Positions 28,357-40,736 of a stretch of DNA of 64,000 nucleotides are shown here, in pieces (within the stretch, counting starts at the first letter, position 1; each line of letters begins with the position of its first letter). Location of the stretch: the NCBI GenBank assembly GCA_965215195.1, contig CBDCDC010000001.1, positions 960,001-1,024,000 on the forward strand, read 5' to 3'. The DNA is from Candidatus Latescibacterota bacterium. GTDB taxonomy: Bacteria > Latescibacterota > UBA2968 > UBA8231. The notes beneath the pieces were generated by a model that was not told the DNA's origin, did no database searches, and worked only from the letters and a program-made list of their open reading frames with translations. Made by a program: the position numbers and the translations under genes.

Positions 28357-29559
28357 TTATACCTCTAACAGCAGCCGCGCTGGATCCTCGAGGAGCTCTT
28401 TCAACCGCACCAAAAACGAGACCGACTGCTGCCCATCGACGAGCCGATGGTCGTAGGACAGCGCCACGTACATCATTGGCCTGATCACCACTTGGCCCTC
28501 CACGGCCACGGGCCGCTCTTGGATCGCGTGCATTCCCAAGATGCCGCTTTGCGGTGCGTTTAGAATCGGCGTGGAAAGCAGCGAGCCAAAAATCCCGCCG
28601 TTGGTGATGGTAAAGGTGCCACCGCTTAGCTCGTCCATGGCCAGCTTGTTGTCGCGGGCACTCAGGGCGAGCCGCTTGATGTGGCTTTCGAGCTGGGCGA
28701 TGGACATCTGATCGGCGCGGCGCAAGACCGGCACGACTAGCCCGCGCTCGGTGCTCACTGCGATCCCCAAATTGACGAAGTCGTGATACACAATGTGCGT
28801 GCCGTCGATTTGCGCGTTGATCGCTGGAAACTCGCCGAGCGCGAGGACAGCGGCGCGCGAGAAAAAGGACATCAGCCCCAGCGACGCGCCGTGGACTTGG
28901 GCAAAACGCTCCTTGTATTTGGCTCTGATCTGCATCACCCCGCTCATGTCGATTTCGTTAAAGGTCGTCAGCATGGCCGCGTTGTGCTGGGCGGCGACCA
29001 AGTGCTCAGCAATGCGCTGGCGGAGCCGGCTCATGGGCTCGCGACGGATGCGATCGGGACCAGCGGGTGCAGGTGGCGGCTGAGCGGGTTCGGGGACTGG
29101 TGGCGGTTGAATGGATTCAGGCGCAGGTGGTTGAGCGGATTCGGGCGCAGGTGGCGGCTGCATGGGATCGGCGGTCTCTAGGTGAGCGAGCACGTCCTTC
29201 TTGGTCAGCCGCCCGTCCTTGCCCGTGCCCAAAATCGCGGCCGGGTCCAGCTCGTGCTCTTCGACTAAGCGGCGCACGGCTGGGCTTAGGACGGGTTCGG
29301 GTTTGGACGCCGGGACCGGCGCGGCGGATTGTTCTATTTCCGCAACTACCGCTCCTATGGCTAGGGTGGTGTCGGTAGGTTGTAGGTGTTTGAGTGCGCC
29401 GCTGGCTGGGGACGGCAGCTCGACGTTGGCCTTGTCGGTCTCCAGCACACAGAGCGGCTCGTCGCGCTCGACGCGCTCGCCGTCGTCCTTGAGCCACTCG
29501 AGGAGAAGCACCTCGCTGACCGATTCACCCATGCTCGGTATTGCGACTTGTACTGACAT
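28357..29559 (-). CDS. sucB: 2-oxoglutarate dehydrogenase E2 (dihydrolipoyl succinyltransferase)
   Basis: Lipoyl ETDKA, E3-binding [14 protein letters not shown], catalytic YDHRLVDG. Confidence 0.96.
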   Translation of the reverse strand: MSVQVAIPSMGESVSEVLLLEWLKDDGERVERDEPLCVLETDKANVELPSPASGALKHLQPTDTTLAIGAVVAEIEQSAAPVPASKPEPVLSPAVRRLVEEHELDPAAILGTGKDGRLTKKDVLAHLETADPMQPPPAPESAQPPAPESIQPPPVPEPAQPPPAPAGPDRIRREPMSRLRQRIAEHLVAAQHNAAMLTTFNEIDMSGVMQIRAKYKERFAQVHGASLGLMSFFSRAAVLALGEFPAINAQIDGTHIVYHDFVNLGIAVSTERGLVVPVLRRADQMSIAQLESHIKRLALSARDNKLAMDELSGGTFTITNGGIFGSLLSTPILNAPQSGILGMHAIQERPVAVEGQVVIRPMMYVALSYDHRLVDGQQSVSFLVRLKELLEDPARLLLEV

Positions 29560-29569
29560 GCAAATGCTC

Positions 29570-32365
<2,796 letters not shown>

Positions 32366-32546
32366 AGATCCTCCGACTGCATGGGCTAGATTCTGCAACT
32401 GAATATAAGAAGCATAGACGACAGACAACGCAAGCGAACCGTGCGCTATGTTCGGCTTTCGCTGGGCATCCATAAGGGGTGCGTCGCTCAAGCCGAGTCT
32501 CTATGCGGCGGTCGCCTAGAGGCAATTTTATAGCCATTATGCACAG

Positions 32547-32819
32547 GTGCAAAAATGCGCTCGTCAAGCTACCGCGGCCGAGGCGGTGGTTGGCTCTAAG
32601 AGGCGGCTATTTTGGAGGATGGCGCTGGCGTTGGTGGTGAGTTTGGCCGGGGCGACGTGGATCATTTTACAGGTGTGCTACGAGCACGGCGGGATCAATT
32701 TGCATCCGTTCTTTGATCCGTCAGGCCGGGCGCAAATTTGCCGACATGGCGCGGCCGCCTGTCCCCACGCCGTCATTGTAACGACACATTACCGGGATCA
32801 GTCGCAAGCGTCCGCATAA
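32547..32819 (+). CDS. Possible small membrane protein
   Basis: Single hydrophobic stretch filling the sucA-pyrE gap; no recognisable family. Confidence 0.25.
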   Translation: MQKCARQATAAEAVVGSKRRLFWRMALALVVSLAGATWIILQVCYEHGGINLHPFFDPSGRAQICRHGAAACPHAVIVTTHYRDQSQASA

Positions 32820-32840
32820 ACTCATAGACTCGCATCGTCT

Positions 32841-33359
32841 TCATCTCTTAAGTTCGCTCATCCGAAACAAGGCGTGGAGCTCAATGCCTGCTCGGGCTAA
32901 GCTCTCGGTGCCACCGGATTCGCGGTCGATCACGCAGATGGCCTGTGAAACTTCTGCACCGAGATTGCGCAGGTCCTGAGCGGAAAGGGCAATTTGGCCG
33001 CCGGAAGTGACGACATCTTCGACGATCAGCAGATTTTTGCCGGCAATGTCCGGGCCTTCGGCTAATTTGCAAGTGCCGTATTCTTTGGTCTGTTTGCGCA
33101 CGAAGCAAGTGGGCAGTCCCGCAAGCTGCGCGAGCATGGTGGCGATAGGCACCCCACCGAGCTCGAGGCCGGCGAGAATGTCGGTGTCGTCCGGGATTAA
33201 GGGCTGGAGGTGGGTGGCGAGTGCATAGAGGAGCGCGGGATGGGTTTCAAACTGATATTTGTCGAAATACTCTGTGGCTGTCGCGCCTGAGCGCAAAGTA
33301 AATTGTCCGCGCAGGTGAGCGGTCTGATAGATGCGGTGAGCGAGTTCGAGTCGGTTCAT
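32841..33359 (-). CDS. pyrE: Orotate phosphoribosyltransferase
   Basis: FTLRSG..YFDKY, VRKQTKEYG, VEDVVTSGG; start refined to ATG 33359. Confidence 0.93.
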   Translation of the reverse strand: MNRLELAHRIYQTAHLRGQFTLRSGATATEYFDKYQFETHPALLYALATHLQPLIPDDTDILAGLELGGVPIATMLAQLAGLPTCFVRKQTKEYGTCKLAEGPDIAGKNLLIVEDVVTSGGQIALSAQDLRNLGAEVSQAICVIDRESGGTESLARAGIELHALFRMSELKR

Positions 33360-33397
33360 GGCGTGGAATTTAGGGAAAAATGGGAGGAAATGCACTG

Positions 33398-35023
33398 CTA
33401 AGGTTCCTCGACGCGGAGGACTTGGTCGGCGGCGACGTTGTCGAGGGTCTGTACTTGGCCAGAAGGCCAAGTGATTTCGACGCGGGCGCGGGTGGCTTGT
33501 CCCAAGCCGAAATGCAGCCGCGGATCGTGGCTGGCCAGATAACTGCCGCCCGATTGGCGCTCCTGCGTTTGCCGGACGCCGCCAGCGGTGACGGCCACGC
33601 GGGCACCTAGGGCGTCGGGGTGGGTCCGGCCAGTGAGGAGAATTTGCAGCCAATGGTGGCGGTGGCCGCCATCGTTGCGCAACAGGCGCGGTGAGGCGGC
33701 CACCGTGGTGACCAGCAGGTCGAGGTCGCCATCGTCGTCGTAGTCGGCCACGGCCGTACCGCGCCCGACATTGGCTTGGGCAAAGGCTGGTCCCATACTG
33801 GCAGAGACGTCGGTGAAGCGTTGGCCATCCTCGTTGCGGAATAGCTGGTTGGTTTGGCGGTAGGTCTGGGTCGAGTCCCATTCGGCGACCACATCCATGA
33901 CATGGCCATTGGCGACAAACAGGTCGAGATCGCGGTCGTTGTCGTAATCGAGGAAGCGGGTGCCAAAGCCGAGGGGTCGGAACGAGGCCTCCCCCAGCCC
34001 GAGCCGCCCGGAGGCGATGGCGAACTGGCCCTGCCCGTCGTTTTGGTAGAGCGTGTTGGTCTCAAAGGCAAAGTTGGTAACGAAGAGGTCCATATCGCCG
34101 TCGCGGTCGTAGTCGCCGAAGTCGGTGCCCATGCCGGCCTCGGCGTGGCCGTGCTCGTCGTAGCGGGTTCCGGCCGCCAGCCCGATCTCGACGAAAGTAC
34201 CGCGCTGGTTCTCGTAGAGAAAGTTCATCGTCCCGTCGTTGGCCACATAGATATCGGTGTCGCCGTCCACGTCGTAGTCGGCAAAGGCCACGCCGAGGCC
34301 GCGGCCCTCTAGGGTGATGCCGGCTGGCTCGCTGACGTCGGTGAAGCGGTCGCCGTCGTTGCGGTAGAGAATATCGCCGATCGGGGAATAGGCGGCCGGC
34401 TCGCAGTAGGAGCGGGTCTTGCCGACCTTGCAGACGATATTGGCGTCGAGGCTGAAGTGAACGTAGTTGGCGACGAAGAGGTCGGTGTCGCCGTCCACGT
34501 CGTAGTCGAAGAAGCCGGCGCTGGTGCCCCAGCGTGGGTCTTCGACGCCGACCTCATTGCGGACAAAGGTGCCGCTGTCGTTGCGGTAGAGGGCGTTGGG
34601 GCCGTAGTTGGCGACGAAGAGGTCCTGATCGCCATCGGCATCGTAGTCGGCGGCCGAGACCCCGAAGCCGTAGCTTGGGTCATCTGCGGCGGTGGAGCCG
34701 CTGACGTTGTGGAAGGTTCCTTGCCCGTGATTTTGGTAGAGTTGGTTGCGCGGCAGGGGTTCGGGAGGGAGTCCTTTTAGGTAGGTGCCGTTGACTAGGT
34801 AGAGGTCGAGGTCCCAATCGCCGTCGTAGTCGAGGAAGGCAGCCCCGGCACCAAACGTTTCGACGTAGTAGTACTCCCCGGAAAAGCCGTTGAAGTGAGT
34901 AAAGTCCAAGCCAGCATCCTGGCCGACATCGACAAAGTGGATCGGGGTGGTGGGCTCAGGAGGCTCGGCGGTGCAGCCGCTCAACAGCACGAGAGCGGCC
35001 AGCCACGGCCACGGAGTGCTCAC
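33398..35023 (-). CDS. CRTAC1/ASPIC-UnbV family FG-GAP (VCBS) repeat lipoprotein
   Basis: Lipobox LLSGC; repeated DYDxDGDxDLF blades; GSYLAS..RLHFGLG..WPSG. Confidence 0.92.
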   Translation of the reverse strand: MSTPWPWLAALVLLSGCTAEPPEPTTPIHFVDVGQDAGLDFTHFNGFSGEYYYVETFGAGAAFLDYDGDWDLDLYLVNGTYLKGLPPEPLPRNQLYQNHGQGTFHNVSGSTAADDPSYGFGVSAADYDADGDQDLFVANYGPNALYRNDSGTFVRNEVGVEDPRWGTSAGFFDYDVDGDTDLFVANYVHFSLDANIVCKVGKTRSYCEPAAYSPIGDILYRNDGDRFTDVSEPAGITLEGRGLGVAFADYDVDGDTDIYVANDGTMNFLYENQRGTFVEIGLAAGTRYDEHGHAEAGMGTDFGDYDRDGDMDLFVTNFAFETNTLYQNDGQGQFAIASGRLGLGEASFRPLGFGTRFLDYDNDRDLDLFVANGHVMDVVAEWDSTQTYRQTNQLFRNEDGQRFTDVSASMGPAFAQANVGRGTAVADYDDDGDLDLLVTTVAASPRLLRNDGGHRHHWLQILLTGRTHPDALGARVAVTAGGVRQTQERQSGGSYLASHDPRLHFGLGQATRARVEITWPSGQVQTLDNVAADQVLRVEEP

Positions 35024-36552
35024 AGCAGATGGGCCAAGGTCACGGCGAGCAATAAGCCGAGCGAGACCCAGCCCAGCAGGGTTTGGAAGCTAGCGAGGAG
35101 TTTGAGCTTGCCGGTCGCGTACCAAGGGTAGGGATCGGTGCGGGTGAAGGTGTGGATGCTGAAACCGATACAGTCGGCGAGGGTTGGGTGCCCGTCGCCA
35201 TTGGCGGACTGCAGGATGTTAGGGACCAGCCGATAGATCAGTGCCCAAAGGAGGATGCTGCCGAGGATGCAGAGGACGAGCTGTAGCGGGGCCGTGCCGT
35301 AGCGGGAGCTGAGGTTCCATAGCTCCAACGCCCAGCGGCGCGGCGCAGCATAAGAAAGGGTGCGCCGCTGGTGGTCTAGGCGCTCAACCTCGCAGTCGGC
35401 GGCGTCGCCTTTTAGTCCTTGGGCGAGGAAGTGGTGTCGCAGGCTGTTGTAGGCCGGGTCAAGCGCGGCAAACGACGCCGAGTCGGCACTGGCCAGCCGG
35501 CGGCGCACGTGCGCCCAGCGGACGCGGAGGCGGTCGAAATAGGCTTCCTCTATGTAGAGGCGGGCGTTTTCGGCGAAGGTCGAATCGGTTTGATCACTTG
35601 GGCGCAGGTCAAGGGTGCCGATAGCGGCGCGGCGCAGGTTGAGGGCGCGGTTGAAAAAGGAATTGAAACGTAGTATTCGTGCTTGGACGCCACTGAAATC
35701 AGCCTCTTTGCGGAAGTAGCTGCCGCCGAAGTAGGCTTGGGCAAAGGTCGCGTTGGCGAAGTGGGCGGCTTGGGCAAAGGTGAAGTCGGCAAAATGAGCT
35801 AGGCCGGCGAAGGTGGCCCGGTTAAAGGAGACTTCCCCGTCGGCACGAGCCGCTGCAAAGTCGGCCGCGGCGAGGAATTGGGTCCGCCAGAAAAGGGCGC
35901 GTTCGGCAAAGCGGGCACCAATAAAGGAAGCCGGGCCATTCCAACGGGCGTCCTTGAAAGAGGCCACGCCGGCGAAGCGAGCATCGGCAAAGTCGGTCTG
36001 GCCGGCGAAGTGGATGCCTTCAAAGTAGGTGGCGGCCTCAAAGCGGGTGCGGGCGAAGCGAGCGGCACCGGCGAAGTGGGCGTTGATAAACGAGTTGGGG
36101 CCGGCGAAATCGCCGTCGGCAAAGTCGGCGTCGGCGCGAAAGGCCGCCTGTTTGAGGTTGAGGTGTTTGCCAGACCGGCTTGCGCGTAGGCCGAATGCGC
36201 CGTGAAAGCGGCTATTCACCAACGAGAGGCCACTGGCGAATGCAGTGCGCTCGCATTGCACCGGGCCGAGGAAGACCACATTGTTGAGGGTGACCTCGTC
36301 TAAGAAGAAGACGTCGTTGAGATGGAGCGCGGCGCGCACGGTGTCGAGACCGGCGGTCGGGGCGTAGAGGGGACCAACGACCGCAGTGGTGTGGAGGTGG
36401 ATGGCCCCTTTTGCCCGTTGTAGGCGCGAGAGTAGCTCCTTCGCTGGGAGCAGGGCGTAAGTCTGGTCGGCGATGGTGGTGTCGGCGCGATCGGCGCGTG
36501 CGCCGAGCGGTATTAGGAGGAGGCAGCAAAGCGCCCGCAGGGGGGTGGCCAT
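35020..36552 (-). CDS. Pentapeptide-repeat protein with signal peptide and C-terminal two-TM channel-like segment
   Basis: AxF/FxxAxF repeats; YG..P, TM, FSIHTFT pore-helix-like segment, TM. Confidence 0.75.
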   Translation of the reverse strand: MATPLRALCCLLLIPLGARADRADTTIADQTYALLPAKELLSRLQRAKGAIHLHTTAVVGPLYAPTAGLDTVRAALHLNDVFFLDEVTLNNVVFLGPVQCERTAFASGLSLVNSRFHGAFGLRASRSGKHLNLKQAAFRADADFADGDFAGPNSFINAHFAGAARFARTRFEAATYFEGIHFAGQTDFADARFAGVASFKDARWNGPASFIGARFAERALFWRTQFLAAADFAAARADGEVSFNRATFAGLAHFADFTFAQAAHFANATFAQAYFGGSYFRKEADFSGVQARILRFNSFFNRALNLRRAAIGTLDLRPSDQTDSTFAENARLYIEEAYFDRLRVRWAHVRRRLASADSASFAALDPAYNSLRHHFLAQGLKGDAADCEVERLDHQRRTLSYAAPRRWALELWNLSSRYGTAPLQLVLCILGSILLWALIYRLVPNILQSANGDGHPTLADCIGFSIHTFTRTDPYPWYATGKLKLLASFQTLLGWVSLGLLLAVTLAHLL

Positions 36553-38237
36553 CAGCTTTGGGCGGCGGTGTACTGCTTCAAATGGGATTCGTGGATGGTT
36601 ATCGGATAGATTTTACGCAGACTATGCATGTATTCGACGTAGCGGTGCTGGGCTTTGTCGATGAGCACGTAGGCCCGGGCACGTCGCTCTGAGTCCTCGT
36701 CGTAGGGGATGTGTTCTCGTTGGCGATCCACGACTTTGAATACCGAATAGCCTTGCTGGGTGCGGACCGGGCCGCCCACTTGGCCGACCGCGAGATCTTG
36801 GGCTAAGTCGGAGATGCCGGGGAAGAATTGCTCGGTATATATATTGAAATTGATGCGTCCGTTGTGGTGGAGGGCCTCGGCGCGTTCGCTGTGGCGCACG
36901 GCGAGGGTTTCGGCCTCGGCCTCCGTGGCTTGCGCTAGTTCGGTGAGCAGCCGCTGGGCTAACGAGTCGCTGGAGACTAGGATTTCGATGGCGACGGTAG
37001 TAGTGGGTTTGGTGAATTTCTCCGGGTGTTCGTCGTAGAAGGTGCGTGCCTCTTCTGGGGTGACCGACAGATGCTGGTCAACCATGATCTTGCGTAGGCC
37101 GGTGACCATGAGTTCTTGGCGCTTGGCGACTATACTAGCGCGGAATTCGGGGTCTTGGTCCAGCCCGGCGTTAATGATCTCAGACATGAACAGGTGTTCG
37201 GGGATAACCCGGCGGTTGAGCAATTCTGCGGCGCGCTCAGGATCGGTTAGCATTTGCGGGGCTATTTTCATCTGGCGGATGGTCTCGACGAATTTTCCTA
37301 GGCCGATGGGGTCTCCCTTGCCGAAGATGCAGACGGGCAAGGCGGCGTCGGCCTCGGCGAGAGCGAACTCCTCGCCTGTGAACTGGCCGATGCGCTCGGC
37401 CAACAGGGCGAGATTCTGCGACTGCGGTTGAGGATGGTACGCGCCCCGCAGCGAATCAAGCATGGTTTGCAGGCGCTGGTTGCGCTGGGCGATGAGCAAT
37501 TCTTCGCGGATGCGGGACTCGGAGGCTTCAAGTGGCGCGGGGATTTCGTCGAGGACGGTGAAGATGACAAACTTTTGCTCGCGGGCGATGGCCAGCGGCA
37601 TCGGCGGGGCGATTTCGCCGATTTCTAGGTCGCCGACTTCGGCTGCGACATCGGGCATGAGTTGGTCGCGCAACTGGTACAGCCCAGTATCACCGCCGCG
37701 TTCGGCACTTTCGCGGTGAGTCGAATGGATGCGGGCCAGTTGGTGGAAATCGGCACCGCCTTGGATCTGCTGGTAAAGGGCGTTGGCTTCTTCTTCGGTA
37801 TTGACCATGATGCCACCGAGACGTATTGAGCGGTCGCGGCGGGTTGCGCGGTAGTGGGCCTCGACCATTTCCGCGGTGATATTCAGCTTGCTGATGATCT
37901 CCCGTTGCTCGTAGAGGCGCAGGATGCGCGAGCGTTCATAATTAGTTAGCTCGTCGATAAACCAAACCATATTTTCGATGTTGGACGCTTCGGCTTCTTG
38001 TAGGAGTAACTCCTTGTCGATCAAGCTATTGAGCAGATTGCGGGCGATGGCCAGCGGCGTGGCCCCTTGGTGCATACCTTCGGGGATCAGGGCGGAGAAC
38101 TCGGCGAACTTAGCCGCGGTGATCGGCTTGTCGCCGACCTCGGCAACAACGAGTTCGGCCGGCGAGGGGGCCGGCGACTGATCTCCACAGGCGGCGAAGA
38201 GCCAACTGAGCAAGAGCAGGGCGTTAAGATGCTTCAT
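36552..38237 (-). CDS. SurA/PrsA-like peptidyl-prolyl isomerase lipoprotein (two parvulin-like domains)
   Basis: Lipobox LFAAC; GADFHQLARIHS..SAERGGDTG and LAVRHS..GPVRTQQGYSVF. Confidence 0.82.
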   Translation of the reverse strand: MKHLNALLLLSWLFAACGDQSPAPSPAELVVAEVGDKPITAAKFAEFSALIPEGMHQGATPLAIARNLLNSLIDKELLLQEAEASNIENMVWFIDELTNYERSRILRLYEQREIISKLNITAEMVEAHYRATRRDRSIRLGGIMVNTEEEANALYQQIQGGADFHQLARIHSTHRESAERGGDTGLYQLRDQLMPDVAAEVGDLEIGEIAPPMPLAIAREQKFVIFTVLDEIPAPLEASESRIREELLIAQRNQRLQTMLDSLRGAYHPQPQSQNLALLAERIGQFTGEEFALAEADAALPVCIFGKGDPIGLGKFVETIRQMKIAPQMLTDPERAAELLNRRVIPEHLFMSEIINAGLDQDPEFRASIVAKRQELMVTGLRKIMVDQHLSVTPEEARTFYDEHPEKFTKPTTTVAIEILVSSDSLAQRLLTELAQATEAEAETLAVRHSERAEALHHNGRINFNIYTEQFFPGISDLAQDLAVGQVGGPVRTQQGYSVFKVVDRQREHIPYDEDSERRARAYVLIDKAQHRYVEYMHSLRKIYPITIHESHLKQYTAAQS

Positions 38238-38347
38238 GGTTCGGGGATGCTCCTAATTTTGAGGAAAAAAATAATGATGAATGTAAAGAGAAAGGCGCGG
38301 AATAAAAGGTAAAACGCCGGGGCGATGGGGCAAGGCTTGAAAGGTGC

Positions 38348-38376
38348 TTGCGGCGTTAGGGGCTATTGATTATAAA
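38348..38376 (+). promoter_or_regulatory. Candidate sigma70-type promoter for the surface-protein locus
   Basis: TTGCGG-N17-TATAAA in the AT-rich divergent intergenic region. Confidence 0.4.
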
Positions 38377-38478
38377 TAGTTGGCCTGCTAGGGGATTGCG
38401 CGGTGATAAGCTTCGCAGATGTGATGAACTTATTGAGTTTTTTTAGATCTGAATTCACTTGTCAACGAACTTTTGCCT

Positions 38479-40704
38479 ATGAAACGCATCAGTGTATATG
38501 CTCTCTTAGTGTGCTTGCTCGGGGGCCGGCCGGCCGGTGCTGAAGTCGTGATCGTCGGCGGCGAAGGCGGTTTGGATTGGGCCAGCGGCGGCGGCGAGAT
38601 ACAAGCGACGGTCATCCGCAGCGCGACTTCAGTGGAAAATACCAACGCGCCGGGTGGGGTCATTGACTTTCGTGCCGAGGGCTTCAACAACTGGATCTTT
38701 CCGCAACGCGCCGATACCACACTCAATATCGCTATCGGTGCCAATTCCGAGGCTCGCGGCGGCTCGATCACCTCGCCCAATACCATCAACATTCGGCCGG
38801 AGTTGCCCAATATCATCGACGGCGATGGTGAGACAGCACTGGATTTGCGCGCCAGTGCCGGAGGCCAGAGCGCACGCGTGTTGGGCATTATCATCGATCT
38901 AGACTTAGGTGCCCGTTTCGGGGTTAATCGCTTCAAGTTTTTTCCCCGCAACGCCGACCCGGCGTTCCCCGCTCCGGCGTTCCCATACCAGAACGATTTT
39001 ATGCGCGGCTTCGAGATATTCATCAACGACGGTACGCCCGAGACTCAGCGCGAGGGGGTGCCGATCCGCGAGACCGTAGTGCTGGCCAACCAGAACGAAG
39101 ACCCAGTAGTTGACGCGCATATCCCGCCTCAGTACGTGCGGTTCGTGCGGCTCAAGTCGCTGACGGCGACGGGCTTTGACTTGGCCGAGTTCCAAGTTTT
39201 TGGTACCGGCTTTGTGCCTGAGGCCCTCTATATCTCCAATGTCTTTGACTTCGGCGACCTGTCGCTCTTTGGAACGCTGCGCTGGGTCGAACAGAAGGTG
39301 GGCGATAGCGGACGGTCTCGGGTCTTGATCCGCACCCGCACCGGCAACGACCCGCAGCCGGTCGAGTACAACAAAATTCGCCCAGGCGAGCAGATTTTCC
39401 GCTTGGGTGGTGGGGCTAGCCAGACGGGTACCACGGCCCGCGGCGACGAAGTGCCGTGGAAATTCGCCGCCGACATCGAGGATACCGAGCTACAGACTCT
39501 GGTTGAGACGGTGCTCGATAACGAGGATGTCGACCTGCGCGAGGCGCTCCAGATATTCAAGGATCTGCCGCTGGAGCAGCAGGAGCAGATCTCGCTGACA
39601 GCCACCGACTTCGGCCGGTTGCGCAATGAGGACAAGGGCAATATTCGCAACGATGTGACCAATTGGAGTGCTTGGTCGCCGCCGTATCCAGTCAGTGCGC
39701 TGGTTGACTTGGACGCCGACTTGGCCGACGCATTCCTGGGGGTGCCGGTGGTCTCGCCGAGTCCGCGGCGCTATTTCCAGTTCTCAATTGAGTTCTTTAG
39801 CGACGAATTTGAGTCGGCCACTGGCGTTGGGGGGATTTCCTTTGAGGTACTGCCTTCGCCTTTTGCCGAGGAGTTAATCGCCGAGATCGTCCCGCGCCAA
39901 GCGGCGCTGGGCGAAAAGGCAGACTTTACCCTCGCCGTGTTGAGCAAACTTCGCCCGGGCCTTGACCGCGGTTTCAATCGGCTACAGGTCGATACCCCGC
40001 TCAAGGTCGAAAACGTAGGACTGGTGGAGGTTCGGCACCCAGACGGCACGGCGGATGAGGCCGACTTTAGCGGCGCGGTGCTCGACCAATTGCCGCTCCA
40101 GCGCGGCGATTTTGCAGTGGTTGAGGCTGCCGACAACAGCTTCATCTTTGAGTTCCCAATGGTCGCCGCGGATGGTACCGAGGTGCGGGTAACCTTCGAC
40201 AACGCAGTGCTGCGCTTCGGCACGACCTTTACGACGCGGGCGTTCAATTCGGGCGAGGAAGTGCAGATTGCCCAAGATGTGGTATCGGGCAACGCCGCCG
40301 ATCTGGGGGAAGCCGATCCGGACTTGCAGCCTTTGGGTACTCCTTTCAGTGGGAACCTCTCGGTGGCCGTGCCGATCGTCGGCGACCTACTGGTCAACGT
40401 GCGTGCGGTCCCCGGGGTCTTTAGCCCCAACGGAGACGGCATAAACGACCAAGCTGCGGTTCAGTACGACATCACCAATATTGCTCGACCGACCGATGTA
40501 GAAATCGTGGTGCTCGACTTGGCGGGGCGGCCGGTGCGGAAGCTCTACCGCGGACTCGACAGCAGCGGGCGCCACGCGCATCCTTGGGACGGCAAAAACG
40601 ACGCCGGGGAGGCACTGCCTCCAGGCAATTATCTGTTCAGAGTGACGCTGGATGCTGGCACTGGCCAGGAACGCGGCATCGGCATGGTCAGCTTGGCTTA
40701 TTGA
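38479..40704 (+). CDS. Secreted discoidin-like/Ig-like protein with C-terminal FlgD-Ig (FSPNGDGIND) domain; divergent member of the array family
   Basis: Signal peptide; IIDGDGET..IDLDLG..LAEFQVFG; RTRTG..WSAWS..RRYFQ; FSPNGDGIND..WDGKND..GNYL; ends SLAY. Confidence 0.8.
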   Translation: MKRISVYALLVCLLGGRPAGAEVVIVGGEGGLDWASGGGEIQATVIRSATSVENTNAPGGVIDFRAEGFNNWIFPQRADTTLNIAIGANSEARGGSITSPNTINIRPELPNIIDGDGETALDLRASAGGQSARVLGIIIDLDLGARFGVNRFKFFPRNADPAFPAPAFPYQNDFMRGFEIFINDGTPETQREGVPIRETVVLANQNEDPVVDAHIPPQYVRFVRLKSLTATGFDLAEFQVFGTGFVPEALYISNVFDFGDLSLFGTLRWVEQKVGDSGRSRVLIRTRTGNDPQPVEYNKIRPGEQIFRLGGGASQTGTTARGDEVPWKFAADIEDTELQTLVETVLDNEDVDLREALQIFKDLPLEQQEQISLTATDFGRLRNEDKGNIRNDVTNWSAWSPPYPVSALVDLDADLADAFLGVPVVSPSPRRYFQFSIEFFSDEFESATGVGGISFEVLPSPFAEELIAEIVPRQAALGEKADFTLAVLSKLRPGLDRGFNRLQVDTPLKVENVGLVEVRHPDGTADEADFSGAVLDQLPLQRGDFAVVEAADNSFIFEFPMVAADGTEVRVTFDNAVLRFGTTFTTRAFNSGEEVQIAQDVVSGNAADLGEADPDLQPLGTPFSGNLSVAVPIVGDLLVNVRAVPGVFSPNGDGINDQAAVQYDITNIARPTDVEIVVLDLAGRPVRKLYRGLDSSGRHAHPWDGKNDAGEALPPGNYLFRVTLDAGTGQERGIGMVSLAY

Positions 40705-40736
40705 GGCACGGGCCTTTTTTGGAACGAGGGAGAGCA

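Noticed and set aside
29060-29165. Tandem 24-27-bp repeats in sucB
   Set aside because: They encode the ordinary Pro/Ala-rich flexible linker of E2 subunits.
33360-33881. Apparent N-terminal fusion on pyrE (and similar long extensions on 8601-9359, 40584 and 60356 ORFs)
   Set aside because: Extensions overlap neighbouring genes or intergenic DNA and are low-complexity; internal starts give normal-length proteins.
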